In this document: in pieces, positions 37,186 through 50,198 of the stretch | How positions within the stretch are numbered: the stretch's first letter is position 1 | Layout: the number at the start of each line of letters is the position of its first letter | NCBI GenBank assembly: GCA_904063045.1 | Contig: CAJFCJ010000006.1 | Location: 4,542,408 to 4,606,407, forward strand | Source of the DNA: Dimorphilus gyrociliatus | Lineage: Eukaryota; Animalia; Annelida | Direction of reading: 5' to 3' | Length of the DNA: 64,000 nt | Notes under the pieces: model-generated | The model's input: only the letters and a program-made list of their open reading frames with translations | What the model was told of the DNA's origin: nothing | Database searches by the model: none | Translations under genes and position numbers: made by a program

Positions 37186-39288
37186 TTATCTTCTAAAACA
37201 TTTGGTAATATCAGGCATAGTAAAGTTAGGAAATAAGGGCGATATTTTACACAAGACCTTAAATATTCTACTATTTTCGTATTTATGTTGAAAGGGTAGT
37301 TTGTAAATTTCATCTCTATCTGCTTTTGCAGATCCTTCAGCATCTTTGTGTTGTCTCCAACTTTTTATTCCTCTTGATTCAGCCGAACCAGGTAAAATGT
37401 TATCTAGAATACAAGCCATTAATCCACCAAGGAACATAGGGGAATGCAGTAGAACTGTAAGTGTTGCAGTTAAAAGCGGAATACCTTCAAAAATATTTGA
37501 TATTTATTTAGAATGAAAACAAGAATTGTATTACCATAGAAACTTACTTGTCTGAATGTAACCTTTATGGCTACTGAGGAACGATGTAATACTAACAGCA
37601 ACTATAATAGCCATACCAAGAACAAGCATATTCCTAGTTGATCTAACATCAACATAGTGAAGATAAGAAAAGCCTAAACCAGTAAGTAAAGCTATTAGGG
37701 CCATAACAGTACCACCAAAGACAGGATCTAAAGAGAGGCGTTAAGAGTTTAAGAGTCTGTTACTGTTTGTTATTAGTATGTAATTTATAAACACCTGGAA
37801 TTGTCAGGAAAATGGCGCTAAATTTAGAAAAAACCCCTAAGAATATTACATAACAGGCAAAGCATAAAAATATAACACGACTAGCAGCCCTTGATATTCC
37901 TATAGCTGCTACACTACCGCTGTAGGACGTTGTCAAATGACCCGCATTCATTATTCCAGTAAAGACACCGCTTACACCCTCCATAAAAATACCCCTATTT
38001 ATGGCATGTTTAGGTGGAGGTTGCTCCTCGCTGATAGCTGCAGCAGCATGATAATCGCCAACTGATTCGAGAGTTGACGTAATAACAGCTATTAAAATAC
38101 CCATGAAAGCTGGTAATTCAAACTTGGGATTTCCTATATCTCCTGGATTAGGTAATGTAAAATATGGTGTTTTAGATATAACGTTGGTTTTAGCGTCGGT
38201 TCTTGCTTTAAAGCTCGTTGAATTGGGATTTGATGAGAAGATATTATAATGAGTGAAAATTGCAGATAAACTCCAAGTTAGGGCCATAGCTAAGAAAATC
38301 TATATAAATCCAATAAAATAAGATATATCTATATTCATATTCGTATTATAATATTCTTTTACCGGCATAGTTCTAAAAAGTTGATAATTTATCTTTTTAC
38401 ACTTTCTCTGTTTGCAGCTGAAGAATGGTATGGGAACTTCCAACTTTCCCATTAAGTTTGAGAATAGTAGAATAAGACTGGCCTGAAGAAAAGCTATAGA
38501 CCAACTTGGTTCGCACATGCTCACCATTGGAGTTATTAGGGTATAGCCGAGTAAAAATATTGTTGGTACGATGGTTAAGGGACCTATTACCTTCATAAGA
38601 AGACCTATAAGGCCAAAAGCTCCTAAAGACATCTGAACTAGAGAGGCAAGCAGGACCCCACCACTGATCTGTTGTTAATAGAAATAAGAATTTTCTTTGA
38701 CATTGTTTTATAAGATTATCTCTATTTAAAGAAAAAGTTAACCGATCTTAGTTTATCCCTAGGAGAGAGAATCTCGTAAACGGCTGTATTATTGGGCGAA
38801 TTACATTCCCAACTTGGTAATTGCTCTAGGGCGGCAATGGGAGCAAATACAGAGAATGAAGGACCTTGAATGATTGGTAGACGGCATCCAAAAATAGCCT
38901 GAATGAGCGTTGCAATTCCAGAGGCCAAATAGGACATACTGCTCAAGTTTATTTGCAGCGTATAATCATTACTATTACACAATCTAGCACTTAGAAAAGT
39001 AGCGAAAATGATTGGGGTGCTGATGACAATAAGTAGATGCTGGTTTTGAAAAATTACATAGTATTTAATAATAAAAATGTATAAATTAATTCATTAGGTA
39101 TGTTTAAACATTTACTATATACAATATTTAATCTATGAAATGATAAGAACCTCAAAAGCGTATACAGCAGTTAAAAGTAGGGGAGGTCTTTCCCCAACGC
39201 GATATTTAATGAATCTCTCAATTTTACAATCCACCCCTGATTCAGTTTCTCCATTGTCACCGTTCAATTCAATGTCCTCTTCGGCCAT
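37186..39288 (-). CDS. SLC23 / nucleobase-ascorbate transporter family member, multi-exon
   Basis: IKYRVGERPP, SGIATLIQAIFGCRLPIIQGPSF, IGPLTIVPTI, LESVGDYHAAA, PPKHAINRGIFMEG, RNMLVLG and MFLGGLMACILDNILPG. Paralog-level assignment not possible by eye. Confidence 0.9.
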
Positions 39289-39894
39289 TTTAAATTTGTA
39301 TTCTAATTTATCTGAAAGTAATAAACAAACAAAGACCTTGCTAAGAGTATAATTGATGCTAGATTAGTCTATACTCAATTTTTTTCTCCGATCTTCCTCT
39401 TTCTAACTCTTTTCTCTTCTAAGATGAACCGACAAAAGCCTAGAACAACAAAGAGGACTTTTTGAATCCACGGCGATTATATTCTTAAAAGATCTAAACA
39501 TATGTAAACAATTAGGTCCAAATGTCTTTGTAATTATGTTCCTTTTGTATAATAAACTGTATGTAACTTTAGTAAAAGTGATTTTTGTTTGTATTTTACG
39601 ATGATAGAAAACAAAATTCTTTTTTATCTTTAATCTTCCCAAAAGATTCTCATATTTTTAATTCAATTAATCAATTTTAAGACGTAATTATAAACCTGTA
39701 AGGATTTTAGTTATTCCAATCTTTATCTTACAGGAGATAGCATTGAGTGTTAAAAAAGAAGATAAGATAAAGAGGATTTTTACAGAGTAATACTACGTTT
39801 TACTGAACTAGAACAATTTGATTAACAATTTAAGGTTATTTTTTTTCTATATTTGATATGAGAAACTGATTTTTCCAATTTAAAATTATAATCT

Positions 39895-39927
39895 TTCTTC
39901 TTCTTCTTCTTCTTCTTCTTCTTCTTC
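39895..39927. repeat. (TTC)n microsatellite
   Basis: About 11 TTC units. Confidence 0.9.
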
Positions 39928-40144
39928 CCTTTCTTTCTATTTATCCGTCTAAGGGCTTATATTGATAAATATTATAATAAATTGTATTTTTAATATGAAT
40001 AAATTATACATGCAAATTATATAATCTTCAGATTTTAATATACACTTTTCTCTTAAATAATCATGAAAATAACAAAGCTTATGAAAGACAAAACAGGAGA
40101 TATCAAGTCATTGTTTCAAGTTAATAAAAAAAATGAAAATCTCC

Positions 40145-43100
40145 CTATAACTGTGTTGTGTTGTTATGTTCCTCTTTTTTCATTGGACTAGGAGATGATG
40201 CTATACCAGATTTTGGTTTGTTTTCTACTCTATTTGTTCTAGGTAAAGTTCCACTATGCGAGTTTTCTCTTGATCGATAAGAACGGTTATCGTATACATG
40301 AGTAAATGTTGGTTTGCTGAATGTTGTTGGTCCAGCCCCGCCAATTCCAATAGAACCAAGACTGCTTACGCTCGTTGTTCTAATCCTTTCTCCTTGCTTA
40401 AGCCTTGCCAACTCATTTTCTAACGTATTAATCTTTTGTTCATCGGCAAAAACTTCATTATCGTAACCGGTTATACCATTTCCAGTTTTCAATTCTTTAA
40501 CAGGGAGATCATTTCCTATGTCAGAATCCGTATCAGAGACCTTTTCGCTAAAATGAAAAAATCATTTACTATAGTAGTTTTTAATGACTATTCATTAAAA
40601 CGAAGAATAATTTACGTACTGTCGTCCAATTGCTACATATAATATTATCGCAACAACGATTATAATCACTGACAGAGAAATTGAAGTTCCAATTCGGATT
40701 TTCTTGAGTCTTTTATCGTCACTCTTCTTCTTCTCTTCCTCCCTTTCAAGATCCTTGCATTTCTTTTCTAAAATTGTTTGAATTAATCAATGATTTAGCT
40801 CTATTATCATTATCTTCATTCAAATATATTCAACTTTACCATGTTTGAAAGACCAATCGGCAGTTGATTCTGTAGCATTACAAATTCGGCAATCGTCCTT
40901 TGGCTTTTCTTCAAGATCCATAAAGCAGTTGTCATCTATTACGCAATGGTCTCTTTCCTTGCGTCTAATTAATCAGAATACATAAATAGTTACAACACAA
41001 CAGTTTGACATTTATAAAATAAAGACTTTACCTGATACACTCGCCATTCTGTCCTCGAGTCGCACAAGTGTAGCATGCAGTATCGTGAGAAATAAATAAA
41101 AGTGTTTCCATAAAAGTAGATATACTTCTTTTCATTCTTCGCATCGTTGCTAGTCTAGGCGATGCAAATGATACTCTATAACTTCCTACTTGTGGTAGCG
41201 GACAATAGAACTGCGAATTTGAAACAGATACGGCGTCGACCGTATCCTCTTTGCCTGTTACTTTAACATTCGTTCCAGAAACCTAAAATATAACAGGTTT
41301 TATAAAAACTAGAAGAAATAACTATAATTTTTCAACTATTACCGTCACTTCTTTTAACTGGCATTTAATATCTCTTCTGTTCAATACATTGTTACCAAAA
41401 AGAACGATTGAACTACAATTTTCTCTTCTTGTATCGCATAAACCGTTTCGAAGCATGCCTCTGACTTGTAGCCCTTCACTACCCAAACTTAAACTACAAT
41501 CACCTCCGCCAATATCTTCATTACATTGACAACTTCCTTCATCCGTACATATTCCTTGATTGGAACAGTCGTTTATGCAACTTTTGTTGGCTAGGACACG
41601 ATAGTCATCAAACATATCTCTTTGCCAATGTACTTGTGACATACAAAGCTCTTTAGCTGCTTCAACTGACCATTTAGTCCATTTTCTTGTGTCTTTTGTA
41701 AACTAAAAGATAGTTGATGATTTACTATTGAGAAATAATTCTATATATTATGATTTACTTGTGTGTCCTGTATACATATTTCAATTTCTTCGTCGTAAGT
41801 TAATGGATCAAAAATATTTAATGGTGCTGAACAGTAATCTGGATTTTTCAAGAGGGGATGCGTATTTTGAATTTCTTCAATGCAGTTGGCACGTGCCTCA
41901 GCTTCTGTAGGTCTAGTCCAAGCAGGTAGTTCCTATCAAACAAAAGAACAATTATGAGACTAGGTTGATTGATGTAAAGTGTGTCGCTCTCACTGGTGGA
42001 TTCCATTCATTTTCTTTAATGTCGTAATTATCAGTTATAGATTCGTTCTTGTGTTTATTACTGTGACGTGTGATCAAAGGTAAATGATGAGAGACTTCTT
42101 CTATAAATATTAAATAGATTTTGTTTGTCAGACAACTGATAACAAGTCATATTAACAGAAATTTAAATACCTCCATATATGTTGCAAGTTTCTACAGGGC
42201 CATGTTCACACGACCCCTGAACTCCTGCTAATATCACGTGGTTGCATCTACAATAACTAATCATCGCTGAATTATCATTTTTGTTTGCTCCGTCGTAAAG
42301 CCTGTCTTTTGTTGGTACTCTATATGAATAAAATGGTAATTAGCATTGGCGGTAATAATTTATTATTATCCTTTTGCAAACCTCCAGTCTAGATTAAATG
42401 CCCTGGGTTGTTCTCCTTCTCCGGTTCCATCTCCGGTGAAGTCTGAACCATTTCGAAGCTTGAGATCATCAGAAGGGTCCCCGTTATAAAATCCGCATAA
42501 TCCTATCATATTTTTGATAAAATATTAATAATGATAATGAATTTATCTATGTCAATGGTCGCTAATAAACCTTCAGTTCTATTTGTATCAGCAGGAGTTC
42601 CTGTTATATAAACATGAAGGAAGAAGCCATGTTGGGCAACCTTTACATTAGTTCCACTGGGAAGAACAACCTAATGTTTTTTAAGGGGCATTTAGTTTAA
42701 GCGACATTATATTCATGAAAAAACTGGACTGTACCTCGTAACGCATACCCTCATCTCGACGATAAATCTTTGTTCCAACTGTTAATTCACCTTGTACGTA
42801 AGTGCTAAATTTAATTGATTTAGGTTTTTCTTCATTTCTTCTGCGACACATATCAAAGGCCATAACATCGTCCTTTGACCTTACGAAGATAGCGCAAACA
42901 CAGCTTGCATTGCCTTCACATCTTTGATGAACAGTTTGTACCTCATAATCCTTATCATTTGTTTGATAAAGTACAAAATAGCCATCGTAGAAGTTGTTGT
43001 AAAATCTACGACAATAGAGTCGTTTTTACGTTAACTATTTATAGAAATAAATAAAAAAAAATTATATTCGAACCTCTTATCGAATGTTAATATATGTGAA

Positions 43101-44974
43101 TTGGACAAAACCCTACAAATAGAAGGCCTGTCATCATCTTTGTCTTCAACTGTAACCTATAATTTATCAATGAGGTTAAGGATAAGATAATCGATTATCG
43201 AGAACTCGTGTAATACCTTTAAACTTTTCGAGGCCTTGTGCTCATCGTTAACATAAAGCTTCAATCCCAATCTACAATTAAAAATTACGATTTAAAGGAA
43301 CAAAAGAATAGAATTAAACAAGTATTTTTATTACCTTCCTTCAAACTCGCCATCCTTTTGGCGATCAATATTTGCTGTAAGAGTTATATTCATAGGCTCT
43401 GTCCAATTATCCTCGTCAATCGTAAAGGTACAAGACTGAGATCCAATAGAAAATTGATTGATAGTTGTATCATCTTTACATCTATAAGATGGAGAAAATA
43501 TACAGTGAATGTTTAACTATATTCTGTTTCGAAAAATGTTTCTAAAATTTACTGTGCATCTCCAATAATTGGCGCAATATTGGATATCAAGTCATCCATA
43601 TAGTTTTTGTTAGATATTTGAACTTCAACTTGGCATTTTTCCTCCTCCCCCATTAGAAAATCAATAATTATATCAATTAATGATGGACTAATGTCGTCCA
43701 AGCTAGTACAATATAGGAAAGGTGGACCATACAATCCAAATTCAATCAATTTTCCATCTTGACCTTCTTCGAGTTTAATACCGTTGCTAGGTTCGTCTAC
43801 CTGTTATTAATTGTTGAATAGCTACAGAAAAAAGTTTGTCAATATTCTCATATACAAACATTGAAATAGCATTTGTCGAATTTGGGACTTAAACCATCAA
43901 CAAACACTCGCATAATCAAGTTTCTTAGAGTAGTGAAGGTGGAATCTGAACAATTCGAAAAAGTGTTTTGTAAACACGTTCCAACAGTTGGAAGTGACCT
44001 GCGATAAATAATGATAGTTTACATCTCTATTAGAGATAACGTAATAAAGAAAATATTACTCGCAATCGTAGAAGCATTTCATGAATTCGAGGGAATCTTC
44101 GAAATCTTCGTAATCCGAAATATTTAGTAAACACATGGCTATATTAAGGAGTTTATCAATATTTCTATTAGATTCATATCCAGACCCTTTAATTATATCT
44201 GAGATTGAATTTCTATCAATTCTTTTATTATCAACCTTCATTTTTGAAAGGTAATGACCAAATGGCGCAAGTGTTGTTTGTAAATTACTAAGAAAGAAGT
44301 TAAAACCAGCCGTTTTGTTAAAATTGCGAATCATTTTTAAAGCTTCAGCTTTCTGCAGCTTTTTCGTTCGAGATTTAGCAATTAAACTTCTAAGATTTGC
44401 ACCAATCTCTTTGAGATCACTTCCAATTTTTTCCATATAAAAAAGATTTTTTCTAACATCTTTTATCGATGTTTCCATCAGAGATTGTAGCTTTCTACCA
44501 GCTGGATTCAAGTGTTCGGTTTGTTTCAGTACAGGTATTAATTCGGCAATTGGTTCGATAAAGCAAAAAACTGCATCAAGAATTTTCTCTTCAGTGCAAT
44601 TTTCTTTTGCTGAAATTTAATTAAAATTTTTAAAAAAAAAATCTGAATCTCTGAACTTTCTTATTTCTGTTATCAAGTGATAAATATATTAATCTTATCT
44701 ATTGCAGATCTCTTTTGAACATATAATCAGATCTGATCTGAAATATTAATTTCTAGATACAAAAAGGAAAACCCTTTTTATTCTTTCTAACTAATAAATT
44801 ATAGTAAAAGCCTGATATTCGTTAAATACTTTACCAAAGAGAAAAGTATATATATACTGTATATAAATTACATAAAGCAGAATACATAAAGTAATACTTA
44901 CGCTGCGCGGAGTTCAATGGTAATGATGTTATACATAAGAGACAAAGTATCGATGCTGTCAACGGACGGAGCAT
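40145..44974 (-). CDS. von Willebrand factor D and EGF domain-containing (VWDE-like) type I membrane protein, multi-exon
   Basis: Signal peptide MLRPLTASILCLLCITSLPLNSAQ; Cys-bracketed helical N-domain; VWD (CRVLSNSHILTFD...GLCGFYNGDPSDD); EGF (CINDCSNQGICTDEGSCQCNEDIGGGDC); TM (IGTSISLSVIIIVVAIILYVAI); cytoplasmic tail. Confidence 0.8.
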
Positions 44975-45814
44975 TTTTTTTCTTTTTTTTTTAAAGAAAA
45001 AGGTAAAAATTAATTTATTCGATTATGAAACTTTTAGCGGCAGTATCAAACTTTTAAGATGATTCTGCGCTTGTTCTTTATCGAATGTGACGATAGGCAA
45101 GACTTCGTTGATCTTATCAATTATCAGACGACGGTCACCTGACAATATTACCGAAACAGAAAACAAATGGAAACGTGAGCCTATATGACAAGTTAGATAC
45201 TGTATAAAAAACACCTAATTATTACGAGAAGACAGAAGACGGTATATCAGAATCTTGACATTTGGATCTAGTTTTAAAGTATGCCTATCAAAAGCTCCAC
45301 AACATGGTCATTATCTTAATAAAATAGTATCTTCCACATTGTTGCCAACATGATATATTATATTTAAAGCATTATATTACAATATTAAATACAATTATAA
45401 TTTAACAATAGTTTTAATAAGTTTGAGCGATATAGAAGTATTCAATGATATTTAAATGGACAAAAACAGTCTTTTAACACCAGTTTTTATTTCAGCCATT
45501 TTCGTTTGATTCATATAGAAAGACCCGCTCGTTAGGAGAGGCAACTAAAGTTCCACACCAAACCAGGCTAGAACAACAAAATGTCAGCCTCAAAGAAATA
45601 TATAGTAATATTCGGAGGGAAAAGATAGGCTCCTGTTCCTTTCAAAGAAAATAAAGCAAGATATGGAGCTGGTTGACAGTCCATACGAACTCATTTATGA
45701 TTTCGTTTGTCAACAAATTTTGTTAGAAGTAGGAACAATTAACAATCCCCCTGTATCAGACCCATCCTTATAGCACAGTTACAATAAAAATAGGACATTT
45801 ATTAAGAAATCATC

Positions 45815-46985
45815 ATGTTGCCGGTGTGGAAAATTCGTGAATTAACCGATAAGGTGTAAGTAGTTACGTGTCAAAAAATCTGAATAGGAATGTAACACAG
45901 ATTGGAGATAAGAAACCGGTATTAAATAAGCTATTTTTAATTGTGTTCAATCAACAGCACGAATGTTGTTATGAACTATTCGGAAGTTGAAACAAAAGTT
46001 CGCGAAGCAACAAATGACGACGCCTGGGGACCCCATGGACAAATTATGAGCGAAATTTCTAATTATACGTATACTTATGAGCACTTTCCCGAAGTGATGG
46101 GAATGTTATGGAAGAGAATGTTACATGACAATAAAAAAAATTGGCGTAGGGTCTATAAGGTGACTAAAAGAATTCCTATAAACATTAGAAAACACCTGTT
46201 CCTTCGTTTATGGCTATGATTGTGTTTACAGTCGTTACTACTCCTTCAATATTTAATTCGAAATGGATCAGAAAAGGTTGTAACAAGTTCAAGAGAACAC
46301 ATCTATGATCTGAGGGGCCTGGAATCGTATACATTCAGCGATGAACACGGAAAAGATCAAGGAATAAATGGTAAAATACAAATACTTATACATAAAAAAT
46401 TTGCATAATGATTTTTTTTAAAAACTAACAATCTATATAAATAAATACAGTGCGGCAAAAAGCTAAAGATATAGTCGATTTTATTCAAGATGATGATCGG
46501 CTAAGAGAAGAAAGAAAAAAAGCTAAGAAAAATAAAGATAAATATATAGGAATGAGCGGTGACCAGAGTACATTACGAAATAGCTATAGTGAGTATTCAT
46601 TCAGAAATAAAATCAAACTACTCAAAAATTGCTTTAAACTGAATCAATGTGAATTGAAATTGAGTGTCTAAGTTGCATAATTCATAGGCGATAAATATCA
46701 AGAGGATCCAAATCGGTTAGAACGTTCTACGAAACGTTCTTATAAAACTAAAAATAGTGGTGAGATATTTAATAGCGTTGTTCTCGAATGTTTCACTAAA
46801 TGAATTAGCACGAAGAATTTTATCTGAATGTTGTTAGTTGAAGTTTATCAAGGATATTGTGTTCTATTTTGTCAGTCTAATTTAAATCTGAAATTTTCCA
46901 AAAAACAAACAAAGCATGATAAATTCTTTTAATACCTAGAAAAAACCTATCTAATAAATATATTCTTATATATATACCAATTTAA

Positions 46986-47016
<31 letters not shown>

Positions 47017-49326
47017 CTAAATAAATTGCTTCAAATTACTAACGCTACCAATAATCTTAGGGTAAGCGAGAACAACCGAGGATTTGCTTGGAGAAAAATC
47101 TTTGTGAGACTATTAGCGTAAAGAATTTTATGATCGCTTTTATTTACTCTAACTCTTCAATTTTTTCGTCCTATATCTTCCGACACTGTTGAATATTATA
47201 GATAGGTCTATAGTAAAGCAATATCGGATGATACGGATAACAAACTAAACAAACTCCTTTATGTGCATGTTACGATGTTCTCATGACGAGCATGTTACCG
47301 ATTTTTCTGTGTGTTTTATAGAAAACAGCTTAATTATGACTTACACATTTCCAGGCGATCGATTTGATGAAGAGCCTCGGCATTACAATAGTGGAAGTAG
47401 CGGTGGCTATGGTAGTTCACATATGTCAAATATTGACGAATGGGACTCTGGGCGGAAATCTGTTGCAGAAGAGGTTCCATTTATAAGACAACTTATAGGA
47501 ATAGCTCGTATAAACTTGCATTATAAATTTTAGGTATTTGGTAAGGCGAAGGACTTGTGGAACCGGGCAAGAGGGTTTGCTGAAGCCGATGTCAGTGCTG
47601 CCGACGAGGATTTCGAAGACGACTTTCCTTCAGATGTCCACCGAGAGAATTCTAACAGAGTCTCGCGGTTTGTTTATACATACTTGATATGCACTTGACT
47701 GCTTTATAAATACTTCCGCTGATTCACAGATTCAGAGAATTCCGTGATGATGATGAATTAGAAAGGAAATATCCCGAGAGATTTTCGAACGATTCACGTA
47801 AACCACATAGAAATTCGGATAGGGATGCAGATGGAAATGTAATTTATTTTTAATACTAAGTTTTGATATTAACAAGTTATTAAACAATATTGATTTCCCT
47901 TATCAGGATGTTGAGGAGGGCTTCAAGTATATGTCGCAATCTCGAGCATCTAGTAATAAGGCTGCGAATACGACTGATTTGATAGACGATTTGGGTAGTA
48001 AAAATAATTCTTCTGCAGTCAATGGATCAAATGGTCAGTTTTTTTTTTTAATATTTATTCATCCAAATAGAATTTAAACATATTTACAGCTAATGGGGAA
48101 TTTGCTGACTTCGCCGATTTCCAATCTGCAGAAAAAGCAGCACCCGCCCCGCCATCAAATCCACAAAGGTTTTTAAAACGATATAAATAACTCATTTTTG
48201 GTATTAACCTTCCCTATTCAATCAGTCCAACAACGAATGAAGAATTTAGTAGTTTTAGCTCAGCTCCCGCACAGCCACAGGCTGGGGTATCATCAAATGC
48301 TGATTTATTGACGGGATTATCAACAGCACCCGTAAACGTAAATTCATATATATTCTGTTTTGGACGTTTTTTATATAGAAAATGTTTTTCTCAGAATTCA
48401 CCCAGTCAATTTAGCACGACCTTTCAGCCAGTACCTGTTATGGGAATGCAAAGTACGATGCAGCCAGCCTTACAATTATCAGCCTTGGATCAGGTAAAAG
48501 AGCAATTGATGATTGATCTCTGTATTTTCACTTATAATTTAGTGTCATTTGGTTCAAGTTACTCTTTTTATTTGGAAAAAAGTCTTTTTCCTGATTCCCT
48601 TTCTTTTCTTTAAATGTTTCTTAGTATGCATGTTTTCCCGACTAAGTTTTTGTCGTTAAATGTTGTAGACTCCCATTGCACCCTCAACTGCTGAGATGCT
48701 GAAGTCGAACAATAACAATCCAACTCAGGTCTGATGACTTAGCTCTGTTGTAAACTTTATCTTTAATTTTCTTTTCAATATTTAAAGATAAGATCTTTTC
48801 AATTTTCTTTTAATTTTTTTAAAGCAGAAGAATACTCTATGGTCTAATTCTTCAAACCTGGATATTAATCTCGACGATCTAAGCATATCTAGCCAATATA
48901 AAAAGACACCGGCACCTTCAATTAATCAGCTGCAAAATCAGATTATTGGTAAAAAAGTTCCAGGACCAACAAGCCCTCCCTATTCTAATGTTCAACAAAG
49001 TTCGTTTAGTTTGATTCTATTAGTTAATTTATTTTAAATTAAAAATTATAAAAGCAGTACCTATGAATCAACCTATGTACCCTGGTGGTGTTGGTGGGGG
49101 AGTTATGTACAATTCAGGCATGCCACAAATGCCAATGATGGTGGGACCACAAACTGGTGTTATGGGTTAGATCCTTAATACATAAATATAGGTATTTTTC
49201 TAACAAAACTATTTTAAAGGCATGGGAGGAGTAGCACCAATGACAACTGCACAACAGCCAGTTAATGCTCAACTGAAATCAAGAGCTGATAAAGCCTTCA
49301 GTAGTTTCGGAAATTTCAGCAAATGA
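45815..49326 (+). CDS. CLINT1: Clathrin interactor 1 / epsinR (ENTH domain), multi-exon
   Basis: MLPVWKIRELTDKV|TNVVMNYSEVETKVREATNDDAWGP...KNWRRVYK...DDDRLREERKKAKKNKDKY. Acidic DFADF motifs and a Met/Gly/Pro-rich C-terminus ending KAFSSFGNFSK. Confidence 0.95.
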
Positions 49327-50198
49327 AGATGGTAATGATAAACTGATTAATCCCGGGGAATTTTTTAATATGAATATATATTTAAGAAATAATAGTTAAC
49401 TCGTTCAATATTGTTGGTGTTTACTAGGCGTTTTCCTATAAATCAACTTTCGATGATTTTTTCCATGAAAACGAAACGCTTCAGCTGGACGTCTGGTATG
49501 AAGCAAAAAAATTTAAGCAGTTACCTTATTTATAAACGTGACGCTTTTAAGTATTGCAGTGTTTAATATGCATATAGTTAATACATTCCGGAAGAAATTA
49601 ATTCATGAAAAATTTCCTAGCGTGCAATGTATAGAGTTTATGTGAATTAAATATGCACTTATTTCATTTGCAATTTTGCATGTTAATTCCTTTATTTTTT
49701 TTTACGTTGTGATTATTGTTTGTCTGTGATAACGTAGACAATTTGTCTGCCATATTAATCAATGATCATCTGTCGAATTATGCGCACTGAGACTTTTGTT
49801 TAGTAAATCTGTTGCTGATGTTCATGTATAGTATTCGCTACTGAAACTCTCCAGAAATTTATATTTAGTAAGTGTGCAATAAGGAATTTTGCACACATTT
49901 TGGAATTTCGATAATTTGAGATTACAGATTAGAATGCGATTATAAACACTGTATGTGTAAATAAAAAAATTTACATATTTACTAATAAAAGATGCCATTG
50001 GGTAGTGTTATCAGTTTTATTTTAAATATTTATGTTGTGATAGCTGAAATATTATCCACTGCAACAGGGTATATGGCAGTAATGAAACAGGCGGAGTTTG
50101 AAAAACTTAAAGCTAGGTTTCAACTGATAATATTTTGTGCATAGTATTCATTTTTTAAGCAAAGTTTGTTATGTTTCAAACACCCTGTCCCCAAATAT

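Noticed and set aside
45063-45186. Plus-strand frame containing GKTSLILSII, reminiscent of a Miro/small GTPase P-loop
   Set aside because: No ATG or acceptor, an in-frame stop just upstream, no preceding hydrophobic strand with Gly, and no G3/G4 motifs downstream.
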